Shown here piece by piece: positions 46,776-55,829 of a stretch of 64,000 nt of DNA. The notes under the pieces are model-generated. The model was not told the origin of the DNA. It saw only the letters and a list, made by a program, of their open reading frames with translations, and did not search any database. Source of the stretch: Nitrososphaera sp. Its GTDB lineage: Archaea; Thermoproteota; Nitrososphaeria; Nitrososphaerales; Nitrososphaeraceae. The DNA is taken from NCBI GenBank assembly GCA_039938515.1, contig JBDUUL010000001.1:107760-171759 (forward strand), written 5' to 3'. The position numbers and the translations under genes were made by a program. Within the stretch, counting starts at the first letter, position 1. Every line of letters begins with the position of its first letter.

Positions 46776-46838
46776 ACACTATTGTATAATTTTGCACGTA
46801 CGCTCAGGTGCTATCTTCCGGCGCAGTTAAAGTTAGCA

Positions 46839-47165
46839 TCAATGCCAAGTTCGTGAATTTCTTGTATTACAACACAAAGATTGTGGCATAGAATCTTCGA
46901 GCACCTCGTTTAGCTGAGCAACTCTGTCCTTGCTCCTAACGTTGTCCTTGAACTTGGACTTTATCATGTGAAATACCGTTTCGCAATTGGAACGCTGATG
47001 ATAGTGTTTCATGAACTCTTCTTGGTTTAACATAAAATAATGGTACATCTTGCGCCAGGCTTGAGAACCATTGGCGTTCTGTACCGCGTTCTTTTTGAAT
47101 GGAATGAAAGGTGTGGCACCTAAGGAGTCTACAAAGCGATAGTTGGCTCTGCTCGAATATGCCAT
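46839..47165 (-). pseudogene. C-terminal remnant of an IS4/IS5-type DDE transposase
   Basis: 108 aa. DMAYSSRANYRFVDSLGATPFIPFKKN is the second-Asp region. YHQRSNCETVFHMIKSKFKDNVRSK is the Y-x2-R-x3-E region. An in-frame stop lies 5 codons upstream of the ATG and no N-terminal DDE part is present. The extreme C-terminus looks scrambled. Confidence 0.7.
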
Positions 47166-47278
47166 ATCTTCCAGTACTTCTAAAACGTCAAAGCTCGGCC
47201 GTTTTCTCTAAGTGTCAAACAACTATTTAATCAACTGGCGCCAGATTTCAAATTACCGGCTATTCCTGACGTATATTG

Positions 47279-47286
47279 TTTTATAA
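47279..47286 (+). promoter_or_regulatory. TATA-like box for the 1234-aa repeat protein gene
   Basis: ttttataa lies 25 nt upstream of TTG 47311. Confidence 0.4.
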
Positions 47287-47310
47287 CACCTTGCAGGCTG
47301 CTGGACTAAT

Positions 47311-50300
47311 TTGTCAGCGTTAGGTAGGATACCCTCCAGCCGAGGTTCTAAGCTTCGCCTTGTTTCAATTACCTGTATGGCGGTTCTGCTTCTTGCTGTG
47401 TTATTGCCTACCTTGAGCCACTCCAACTTACCTCGCGCCTCTGCTCTCGTTCTGACTCCAAGTGTTAATCGGCCAAGCAGCAGTTCTTTGAGCTCTGTAC
47501 AATTCAATTCAATTGATTCGATGACGCACGGTACTGCAAGTCCGACTCACATCATAATTTTACAGGATTCGCAATCGTGCAGTATTATTAGTGGCAATTG
47601 GAGTGAAACGGGCAATCTGTGCAATCTTACCGAGCCATCTGCGATTAATTCAACGACAGAGATTGATGTGATAAATGGTGTAACGCTGCAGACTAGTATT
47701 TCTGACACTATTGGTCAGCTAAATAACACTGGCAAAATTGTAGTTTTAAAAGGAGGCATTTTGAACAACTTTGGGCTTGACCATCTTTACAATTATGGAA
47801 ATATTACTATTGAACATGGGGGTGCTTTGTATAATTATGGTTCCACGATAATCAACACAAACGGAGCCTTTGTACAAAATGGAGGCGAAATTGAGAATCA
47901 AGGCGGAACAATACTCAATGATGCGGCTTCATCTTTTACGATAACTGCTGGAGGTGATTTGTACTTCAACAGAGGAAGCAGCTTCAGTAATTTTGGAATA
48001 CTGGTCGATAATGGAAGCTGGGAGGTTACGGGTGGGATTTATAATAATGCTACGGGCGAGATAATCAACAATGCCGTCTTGTCGTTGGATGGCGAATTTG
48101 GAGCGCCAGACATACATTTTACAAATTATGGACAGGTTCTGAATAGCGCCGGCGCAAATCTCACATTGTACAATGGAGCAGGCTTGGCAAACTATGGGCT
48201 AGTTTCAAACGCTGGAAATCTTGCGTATTTCGGCGGGACCGTTGCAAATCAGCCGTCCGGTGTGATAAACAACCTCATCACCGGGCTTGTTGACCCAAGT
48301 TTCTTAAATAATTCCGGAATAATTAACAACTATGGTAGTTTTGAATCTTCAACAAGTGCATCAGTCACAAACGCTGGCACTATTACCGATTTCTGCAATG
48401 CAGTATTTAACACCAATCCGCCGAATACGTATTCTGGCACTCCAATAGTAACTATACCGTGTTCCGCCTTCCCAATCACTTGGATGTCAGACACTACTGC
48501 ATCAGGTGGCACGTCAGTCTACGCCAAAAAGCAAATGAGCACAGAATTTGTCAGTATTACGTCAGCATTGAAAGGCCGGCAGATAGACTCTATGTCTCTT
48601 CAACTTGATAGGGTCGGTCACCCAACGGGTGCTGTCCAAGTCGGCGTTTTTGCACCTGACTTGTCTCTTAAGCAGCTCTTCGGTTCAATTGATGCTTCAA
48701 GCCTGAGCACTACGTATACAAATTATGCCTTCCAGCTCCCGAATAACCAGCTATACACAATCCAGTCCGGCGATTATATCGGCGTAAAGTTTGCAGGCGG
48801 CGATTCTTCAAACTATGTGATGGTCATGCGTGACTGGTCGAATAAATTTGACGGCACGAACTCGTTCAGGGCATGGTACAATACTACATGGTGGAATTAT
48901 CTGGGCGACGACCTTGACATGGTGCTCAAACAAACACATCCTGTCCTCAAAGCGCCTGAAGCAATATCAATAACTTCAACGAGCAACCTCTCTCCAAGAT
49001 GGGGCGTTGACACCGTGTCAATATCTGGCACAACCACCAACAGCGTCAGCAGCGACTCGGTGTCTGTTAATTGGGGCGATGGCTCAACTACATCGGGCAT
49101 TGCAATATCTTCAGGTACTTGGACTTCGCCCACACATACCTATTCTGCTTCAGCAGTTGGTAGCAGGACAATTGCAGCAACGTTGGGCAATAGTAGTATG
49201 TCCGTCAAGGCGACTAGCAATTCCGTTTCAGTCACTGTTCAAAGACACGCCACATCCGCCTCCCTTGTTCTTTCCTCGACAACTATTCCAGCAGGCAGTA
49301 CCATAACAGCGTCAGGAATCTTGGTTGACAGCGATGCGGCAAATGCCAAGATTTCTGGAAGCTCGATCACATTTACAGGCACTGGTGCAGTAAACCTCGC
49401 TAGCACGATAACAAATGGTACTGGTGGCTACTCGTCTGCTGGACCTTCTCCTAATACGGTTGCGAACGGCTGGACGGTACAAGCACACTATGCAGGCAAT
49501 GCAAGTTATGCTCCAACAGACAGCCCGGCTGTAAGTTATACCACAAGCGCCATTGGCTTGTCGTACCCAATTACACAAATGTCTGACACCACTGCTTCAG
49601 GTGGCACTTCGGTTTATTCTGCAAAGCAGGCAGATATGGAGCTCGTTACCAACACGTCTGCTCTCGTAGGCAAGCCGATTGACTTGATAACGATGCGCAT
49701 GGCAAAATCTGGAAGTCCAACTGGAATACTACAGGTAGGTGTATTTTCAAAGAATTTGGCGGTCAAGACGTTGTTCGGGACTCTGAATGCTTCTGCGATT
49801 ACAGGCACTTACAGCAATTACACCTTCCAGCTCTCAAATAACCAATTATACACAATTCAATCAGGTGACTACATCGGAGTAAAGTACACCGGCGGTAACT
49901 CTTTGAACTATATTCTCGTGATGCGCGACTGGCTAAACAAATTTGATGGTACAAACTCATTCAGATCTTGGTATAACACCACGTGGTGGAATTATACTGG
50001 AGATGATCTGTATATGACTCTGAAACAGACGCATCCAGCATCGCTTTATCCCTTAACTGTCATGGACGATCAGGCTGCATCTGGAACAACGCCTGTATAC
50101 TTTGGACACCATTTGGATGCAGAATCCTTTACAGGTGCTTCAGTTGCGGTTAACAAAAAGATAGACACCATTACGCTGCAGCTTGCTAAAACAGGTAATG
50201 TGCAGGGGCCTGTGGCCATAGGAATATTCCATCGGAATTTATCCACTTACAAGGCGTATTACAACGGCACATGGAATTACAACTCACAACCAAATGCCCT

Positions 50301-51015
50301 AATTGACCTGAGCATGGTCTTGGAAAATTCGCAGTTGCGGTCATCGCACGAGTCAGTTGTGATGTATGAACCAACGTCATATCAACCCGTATCCGTGTAC
50401 TCTGCAAAGTCAGTAGAGGCGGAATATATCACAAATACGTCCTCTATTGTCAACAAGCAAATTGACACCATTACGCTGCAGCTTTCAAAGGTGAACAATC
50501 CTACCGGAACATTTCAAATCGGGGTATTCAATCCAGACACCTCTGTAAAGCAGCTATTCGGCACCATGAATGCGTCGGCGCTGACGTCGACATCAACAAG
50601 TTATCCTTTTCAGCTTCCCAGCAAACTGTTGTACACGATACAATCCGGGGACTATATTGGAATTAGATTTACGGGCGGTGATGCCAGCAACTACATCTTG
50701 GTAATGACGGATTTTGAGCATAGAGACGGAAAAGACCTGCAGCTCTTCGGATCCATAGACACCTCAGAGCTGACCTCCACTCCAACCAAGTATTCATTTC
50801 AACTACCCAACAATGCACTATATACAATTCAGGCAGGGGATTGGATAGGCGTCAAGTACAATGGCGGCGACGCTAGCAATTACATATCTGTCATGAGAGA
50901 TGCGACAAACAAATTCGATGGAACTAATGCTGAGAGGGTGATATACGGTCTCCAGTATATAGTCTACATGCAAGGTGATGACTTGACAATGACCCTGCAG
51001 CAAACCCACGGCTAA
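47311..51015 (+). CDS. giant secreted protein: Asn/Gly-rich solenoid-like head, PKD domain, Ig-like module and four copies of an unrecognised ~157-aa domain
   Basis: 1234 aa. TTG start 25 nt after ttttataa (47279-47286). Signal anchor ITCMAVLLLAVLLPTL. PKD signature VNWGDGSTTSG...THTYSA. Repeats are described separately. Confidence 0.85.
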   Translation: MSALGRIPSSRGSKLRLVSITCMAVLLLAVLLPTLSHSNLPRASALVLTPSVNRPSSSSLSSVQFNSIDSMTHGTASPTHIIILQDSQSCSIISGNWSETGNLCNLTEPSAINSTTEIDVINGVTLQTSISDTIGQLNNTGKIVVLKGGILNNFGLDHLYNYGNITIEHGGALYNYGSTIINTNGAFVQNGGEIENQGGTILNDAASSFTITAGGDLYFNRGSSFSNFGILVDNGSWEVTGGIYNNATGEIINNAVLSLDGEFGAPDIHFTNYGQVLNSAGANLTLYNGAGLANYGLVSNAGNLAYFGGTVANQPSGVINNLITGLVDPSFLNNSGIINNYGSFESSTSASVTNAGTITDFCNAVFNTNPPNTYSGTPIVTIPCSAFPITWMSDTTASGGTSVYAKKQMSTEFVSITSALKGRQIDSMSLQLDRVGHPTGAVQVGVFAPDLSLKQLFGSIDASSLSTTYTNYAFQLPNNQLYTIQSGDYIGVKFAGGDSSNYVMVMRDWSNKFDGTNSFRAWYNTTWWNYLGDDLDMVLKQTHPVLKAPEAISITSTSNLSPRWGVDTVSISGTTTNSVSSDSVSVNWGDGSTTSGIAISSGTWTSPTHTYSASAVGSRTIAATLGNSSMSVKATSNSVSVTVQRHATSASLVLSSTTIPAGSTITASGILVDSDAANAKISGSSITFTGTGAVNLASTITNGTGGYSSAGPSPNTVANGWTVQAHYAGNASYAPTDSPAVSYTTSAIGLSYPITQMSDTTASGGTSVYSAKQADMELVTNTSALVGKPIDLITMRMAKSGSPTGILQVGVFSKNLAVKTLFGTLNASAITGTYSNYTFQLSNNQLYTIQSGDYIGVKYTGGNSLNYILVMRDWLNKFDGTNSFRSWYNTTWWNYTGDDLYMTLKQTHPASLYPLTVMDDQAASGTTPVYFGHHLDAESFTGASVAVNKKIDTITLQLAKTGNVQGPVAIGIFHRNLSTYKAYYNGTWNYNSQPNALIDLSMVLENSQLRSSHESVVMYEPTSYQPVSVYSAKSVEAEYITNTSSIVNKQIDTITLQLSKVNNPTGTFQIGVFNPDTSVKQLFGTMNASALTSTSTSYPFQLPSKLLYTIQSGDYIGIRFTGGDASNYILVMTDFEHRDGKDLQLFGSIDTSELTSTPTKYSFQLPNNALYTIQAGDWIGVKYNGGDASNYISVMRDATNKFDGTNAERVIYGLQYIVYMQGDDLTMTLQQTHG
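48472..48942 (+). repeat. protein-level repeat R1 (157 aa) of the novel domain
   Basis: PITWMSDTTASGGTSVYAKKQ...LYTIQSGDYIGVKFAGGDSSNYVMVMRDWSNKFDGTNSFRAWYNTTWWNYLGDDLDMVLKQTHP. Confidence 0.85.
49567..50037 (+). repeat. protein-level repeat R2 (157 aa) of the novel domain
   Basis: PITQMSDTTASGGTSVYSAKQ...LYTIQSGDYIGVKYTGGNSLNYILVMRDWLNKFDGTNSFRSWYNTTWWNYTGDDLYMTLKQTHP. It is collinear with R1 but diverged at many synonymous sites. Confidence 0.85.
50050..50331 (+). repeat. repeat R3 (94 aa), lacking the middle segment
   Basis: PLTVMDDQAASGTTPVYFGHH...IDTITLQLAKTGNVQGPVAIGIFHRNLS is joined directly to the tail-like YKAYYNGTWNYNSQPNALIDLSMVLENS. Confidence 0.7.
50353..51012 (+). repeat. repeat R4 (about 220 aa), with the middle segment duplicated
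   Basis: The block LFG..(N/D)(A/T)S.L(T/S)ST.T.Y.FQLP...LYTIQ.GD.IG(I/V)(R/K)..GGDASNYI.VM.D occurs twice in succession before the tail DDLTMTLQQTHG. Confidence 0.75.
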
Positions 51016-51124
51016 GACTTCCTTTCTTTTTATTATTGGAGCATGCAGGTCGACCATTCATCAAATTTCTCGAAATTATAGGTGACTTAGGGCGTCAAAA
51101 ATTGTGCAAAGCGGGCACTATGCA

Positions 51125-52633
51125 TTAACCAGAAATGAGGATGGTATACGATACTGCAGGCACTAGGTCTTGATTGCTCTCGCTATTTGAGAGATAGACC
51201 ATCAGAGTATATGCCCCACGCCCTTTTTCCGCCTCTGCAGCACCCATGTTAAACTTGACGCTAAATGTCGAGCCGTCATCGCTCCAGTTAGATGCCTCAA
51301 TGATGGGATGGCTCAAGTCTTGTTGGTATTCGTAGCCCGGCGGTGCCGGCTTGACCACTGAGCGCAACTGCTCCCCGCCGTCGTACGATGTTCTCTTGGC
51401 ATTAGCAAGGTAAACATCGTGAGTAGGAAACGGGTCATAGTTTACGGTTATAGCCTTGATTGAATAGCCTGATGCTACTGGCAGATACTTGCCAGTTAAT
51501 GAAATTGAATTGCCATTTGTTGTAATTGGCATGCTCAGCGAGACATAGTCGTTTTCAAAATTCTGCACCATAACTACTCCAAGATTGTTGTGAGCAATGC
51601 CAATGCTCACGCTTGTATGGTGTGCATCAAGAATGTTGTTCCTGTGTCCATTGTTACAGCACTGAAGATCGCCATTTACCATTCCATCCTCCTCGTTGCT
51701 AACTGCAGTCTGGACGTCAGTGGCACTCAATGGAATTGACTGAGCGGCTGAAAAGCAACAAGTCAGTGCGACATTCTGTTCGACATAATCTTTGCCGCCA
51801 TACCTAGTAAATGACATGTACGGTTTTTCTCCGCTGGTCATCCAATGTGAAATTTGCATTGTGCTGGCAATGTCTTCCGCCTGAGCTTGTGCAGCACCAT
51901 TAGTGCTCAAGGTCACGGGCGCAAGACCTGCACTTGCCCTGTCTTTATTGATTAGGTCCAGCGCAGTTTGCTTCAATACGTCAAGGGAAGGCGGCTGGGA
52001 TGCGGGAGGAGTGGGAGTCACAGGTGCAGCATATGAAAATATCTGAACCTGCTCAATGTCCGTTTCATTTCCTGCTTTGACTTCAAGCTGGTAGGTGTTG
52101 CCGGCGTCAATTGACTTGATTTTTCCTATGTTCAATACGTAAACTAGTCTCGTGCTGCTGGGCTCAATTGAAATCGAGCCCTGCTGCAGGTGGACATCGC
52201 CTGAGCCAAGTTGCAAGCCGTATGAGGGAGCAAAGTCAGGCTGCAGGACGGTATTTGATGCGGCTACGCAACCGCTGCATGAATACCAGTCGGTAGACGG
52301 TGAGTCAATACCGCGCAGCGATATTGACTTTATCTCTGCTGCCATGTTCCCAGTGTTAGTAATCACGATTGCTCCAGTCGCAGATCCATTAGATGCAGCC
52401 CAAGCGCTAGCCTCCGTGACTCTTATGAAAATGTATTTTTGGACAGGCGGAGCCACTTCGGGCTGCGGCGTTATTTCGGCTGGCTGAGAATTGAGAGGCG
52501 GGCTTGGCGCAGTGCCTTGGTCACTTGAAACAGATGTCGAAGCGACGTTTCCAATTCGGGCTGGAATCGATGCAAGCCTGTCTAGCGAGGGCAAAGTGTG
52601 ACCAGTTACAAAGTACATCGAGGTACCAACCAC
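51125..52633 (-). CDS. secreted CAP/SCP (YkwD-like) domain protein, paralog 1
   Basis: 502 aa. LDLINKDRASAGLAPVTLSTNGAAQAQAEDIA...HW...VEQNVA...CCNNGHRNNILDAHHTSVSIGIA is the bacterial-type CAP pattern. The N-terminal start is problematic (see findings). Confidence 0.8.
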   Translation of the reverse strand: MVGTSMYFVTGHTLPSLDRLASIPARIGNVASTSVSSDQGTAPSPPLNSQPAEITPQPEVAPPVQKYIFIRVTEASAWAASNGSATGAIVITNTGNMAAEIKSISLRGIDSPSTDWYSCSGCVAASNTVLQPDFAPSYGLQLGSGDVHLQQGSISIEPSSTRLVYVLNIGKIKSIDAGNTYQLEVKAGNETDIEQVQIFSYAAPVTPTPPASQPPSLDVLKQTALDLINKDRASAGLAPVTLSTNGAAQAQAEDIASTMQISHWMTSGEKPYMSFTRYGGKDYVEQNVALTCCFSAAQSIPLSATDVQTAVSNEEDGMVNGDLQCCNNGHRNNILDAHHTSVSIGIAHNNLGVVMVQNFENDYVSLSMPITTNGNSISLTGKYLPVASGYSIKAITVNYDPFPTHDVYLANAKRTSYDGGEQLRSVVKPAPPGYEYQQDLSHPIIEASNWSDDGSTFSVKFNMGAAEAEKGRGAYTLMVYLSNSESNQDLVPAVSYTILISG

Positions 52634-52888
52634 TGCGACAAAAGCTACTATGACAGTACCTACGGTACCAACACCACGGCGATTATAGAACAGAAACGCT
52701 CAGATAGGTAATTTTTCGCAGTCATGTTAGCTTGTGTACGACTTTTCGGCGCACACAAAGGAATCGCCTGTAATCCTGCTAACTTGGTCTTATACATCGG
52801 CAATTAACTATCTTGCAACGAGATCCGACGTGCGTGGTAACTGAGACAACACCTGACAATATTATAGAATCGAAATTAGACGGTAATT

Positions 52889-53485
52889 GTGTCTTATGAG
52901 GAAGGCAAGATCGGAGACGAATCTGGAGAGTGGTTCGAGCGATACGTTCAATCGATCTTCAGATATGCGGGATTCAGGACAGAGCGGCGTAAACGGTTTT
53001 TTCACACTGTAAAGCACGAGATTGATGTTTGGGCAGAATCTGAATTTGCCATAGTCGCAGTAGAATGTAAGGACTGGAGCAATTTGCGCCCTGAAAATAT
53101 CAAAAGCCAGATGGATGGGTTTATTCACAAAGTCAGAGTCCTTAATGCATCTGCTGGCGTTTTTGCCATTAACTTGCCCGGCAGGGAGGTGTATGGCAGA
53201 CATAGAGAGTACTTAAAAGAAAATGGTCTGACTTTGTGGGACGGAACTGACGTCCAGAAATGGCACGAGGACATGGAGCGGTACAGTCAGGATCGCTATC
53301 AAAGAGAACTTTGCGATGCTCTGGGCATTGAAATCTATGCACAAACAAATGCAGAAAAGTCGTTCAAGGTTCTAAAGGCGTTTGGCAAAGCAGCCCTCAA
53401 AGGCGCGGTACAGGTTGGCAAGAGCATGCTCGAGGAGGAAAAGCCGCGGAAGCGGAGGCGAACTGCCCGAAGTAGACGGTATTGA
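52889..53485 (+). CDS. Mrr-like PD-(D/E)xK restriction-endonuclease-fold protein with a basic C-terminal tail
   Basis: 198 aa. FERYVQSIFRYAGFRTERRK...HEIDVWAESEFAIVAVECKDW fits the D...E-x-K core. The tail is EEEKPRKRRRTARSRRY. Confidence 0.65.
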   Translation: MSYEEGKIGDESGEWFERYVQSIFRYAGFRTERRKRFFHTVKHEIDVWAESEFAIVAVECKDWSNLRPENIKSQMDGFIHKVRVLNASAGVFAINLPGREVYGRHREYLKENGLTLWDGTDVQKWHEDMERYSQDRYQRELCDALGIEIYAQTNAEKSFKVLKAFGKAALKGAVQVGKSMLEEEKPRKRRRTARSRRY

Positions 53486-53500
53486 GCCCATGGCTGTTCG

Positions 53501-54316
53501 TTATTGCTGTTCTTGCTGGAGCAATGCCCCCAGACAAATCCCAAATATCTCCACAGCTCCAGACTGCATGATAAAGAAATACCCTTTCTCTCTGCCTTCC
53601 TTGTACACCTCTAGGGCATTTTCTGAGCAGCGGTAGAACTGAATTTTGTCAAGCGGAATTGACAGAGGTTTGTTGCCGCTGGTTGGAACAAGGAAAAGCC
53701 TCTGATTTGTAATTATCAACACACCTGCGGATGTTTGTACTAGCTGGTTTTCTTTGACAATGTGACCCCGATGAGTGCCTACTCTATATGAAACGCCCTT
53801 CATTATGCGAATGCTGACTCCTTGCGATCCGCCTTGGTAGCCTAAACTTACCACTCTATCTTCTCTCAGTACAGCAGCCGAACCATAGTGAACAAGTTCG
53901 CCCTTTTTGAAAATAAGAGGTACGTCAAGTTGAAGCTTTGGCACAGGTAGTTGATTGGTTTTCTTTATGTGACTGACATAATAGTATGGCAATACATTTT
54001 CCTCATATCCAACGTCATTGCGTGATAGACCAAAACCCTTCTGAATACGGTCTAGCATTAGCATTTGATCTTCGCTGAGCTCCCCACCTTCATTGATTAG
54101 GTCTTGGTACAGCTGCAGGTACAATTTTGATAATGGGACTGTGCCGTAAACTCGCAACTTTGCAAGCTCGGTGTCAGCAAGACTCGAGAGAGTGCTTACT
54201 GCCTTCATCTTTTGTCGCCATTCAGCATAGTAGGGCTTGCAATCATTGCAAAGCTCGCCCCTATTGAACATGGAAAGATTGGCATTGCACATTTGGCAAT
54301 TATTGCCCAAAGACAA
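53501..54316 (-). CDS. zinc-ribbon protein with a beta-rich C-terminal (bacterial PH/GRAM-like?) domain
   Basis: 271 aa. N-terminal CQMCNANLSMFNRGELCNDC. The C-terminal half (GYQGGSQGVSIRIMKGVSYRVGTHRG...GVLIITNQRLFLVP) resembles membrane-less PH-like modules. The family name is not secure. Confidence 0.6.
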   Translation of the reverse strand: MSLGNNCQMCNANLSMFNRGELCNDCKPYYAEWRQKMKAVSTLSSLADTELAKLRVYGTVPLSKLYLQLYQDLINEGGELSEDQMLMLDRIQKGFGLSRNDVGYEENVLPYYYVSHIKKTNQLPVPKLQLDVPLIFKKGELVHYGSAAVLREDRVVSLGYQGGSQGVSIRIMKGVSYRVGTHRGHIVKENQLVQTSAGVLIITNQRLFLVPTSGNKPLSIPLDKIQFYRCSENALEVYKEGREKGYFFIMQSGAVEIFGICLGALLQQEQQ

Positions 54317-54449
54317 AGCAACTGCAATTTGGCTTTTAGATAAGTTTTTTCGATGATCTTAACTGAGGCTAAATTCTGAGTTATGCGGTTTTAGTCAGCA
54401 ACGCCGATATGCATAATACATTGCCTACCGGTAGCTGGCAAGGCGTTTA

Positions 54450-55829
54450 ATGTTCGGCAAAAAGCTGGCATTTGCGATATTTTTGTCAGCCTCGCTTATT
54501 GCGCTGCCGCTTGGCACGCTTTCAGCTGCAGCAAATAACAACGCTGCTCACTTTATGGTACTGCGAGGCACTCCCGTTGTGCTGTATGCATCAGTCCAGA
54601 ATGACAATAATTCTCCGCGGCCGTTTGTAGCAATAATTGAGGTGCTGGATTCTAACGGAGTCGTCGACTCAATTCAGTTAAAAGACGACATTCTATCAGC
54701 TAATGACCATAAGACTGTCCAGAGCACATGGCTGGCAGACACAACTGGTAACTATTCAGTGATATCATTTGTAGTTGACAGCCTCAACAAGCCTCGCATA
54801 CTATCCCAGCCTCAGACCACTTTCGTAAGCGTAGTGGAGATTCCAACGGTTTCCTTGACAATTGACAAGAGTATAGGGAACCAAACCGCCCAGCCGTCAC
54901 AAGATACTGAGTATCATCCACAGGCTGCTGCCAACAATACGCAGAACAGCCTGAGTGCTGCACACAAACCGTCACTAGACGAGCTTCTGCAATATGCGCT
55001 CAAGGCAATCAATCATGATAGGGAAAAGTACGGCTTGTCTGATGTGAGGTTAAGTTCAAACCAAGCGGCTCAGGCTCATGCTCAGGACATGTATAACAAT
55101 TGGTACCCAACTCACTGGACTTCAGACGGAATGAAGCCATACATGCGATATACGGCCTATGGCGGCAATGGCTATGTGGTCCAAAATGTTGCTGCCGGCC
55201 CATCATACGACAATGCCACAATAGCTCAATGCAAGAGTGATCCTTCAGAATGCTATACGGTCGACCCGTACAAGGAGATTGACCATGCAGAATATGCAAT
55301 GATGTACAATGACTCTGCCTGCTGCGAGGACGGCCACAGAGACAACATACTTGACAAGTACCATACAGATGTTAGCATAGGCATCATCTACGACGACTAC
55401 TACTTTGCAATAGTGCAGAATTTTGAGAACAACTACATTCAGTATGACAAGCCCATAACTAAGGATAATAGAACGCTCGAGTTTTCGGGGAAGATCTTGT
55501 CTAGTACTCCAACCAGTGGAGGCGTACTAGCCGACGTCGAAATTAACTATGATGACGTACCCACTCACGCAGTTTACCTTGCAGACAGGGATCGCACCTC
55601 TTATGACGAAGGCACCTTTATCGGCGGAGTAAGCCCCGACAGTTCGTACTACGTTGACGCAAAGACTATTCTGGCGTCAAGGTGGGATGCTACAACTGGC
55701 TCAATTGACCTGTCATTTGACCTCTCTCCAATCCTTGACAAGAAGGGCGTCTATACCGTCTATGTTTACCTTGAAGACAGAAATGGTAATCAGTTTCCTG
55801 TTACCTCACATTCCATTTTCAACAGCTAG
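54450..55829 (+). CDS. secreted CAP/SCP (YkwD-like) domain protein, paralog 2
   Basis: 459 aa. Signal peptide (LAFAIFLSASLIALPLGTLSAAA). ALKAINHDREKYGLSDVRLSSNQAAQAHAQDM...HW...VVQNVA...CCEDGHRDNILDKYHTDVSIGII. The C-terminal domain is collinear with paralog 1. Confidence 0.8.
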   Translation: MFGKKLAFAIFLSASLIALPLGTLSAAANNNAAHFMVLRGTPVVLYASVQNDNNSPRPFVAIIEVLDSNGVVDSIQLKDDILSANDHKTVQSTWLADTTGNYSVISFVVDSLNKPRILSQPQTTFVSVVEIPTVSLTIDKSIGNQTAQPSQDTEYHPQAAANNTQNSLSAAHKPSLDELLQYALKAINHDREKYGLSDVRLSSNQAAQAHAQDMYNNWYPTHWTSDGMKPYMRYTAYGGNGYVVQNVAAGPSYDNATIAQCKSDPSECYTVDPYKEIDHAEYAMMYNDSACCEDGHRDNILDKYHTDVSIGIIYDDYYFAIVQNFENNYIQYDKPITKDNRTLEFSGKILSSTPTSGGVLADVEINYDDVPTHAVYLADRDRTSYDEGTFIGGVSPDSSYYVDAKTILASRWDATTGSIDLSFDLSPILDKKGVYTVYVYLEDRNGNQFPVTSHSIFNS

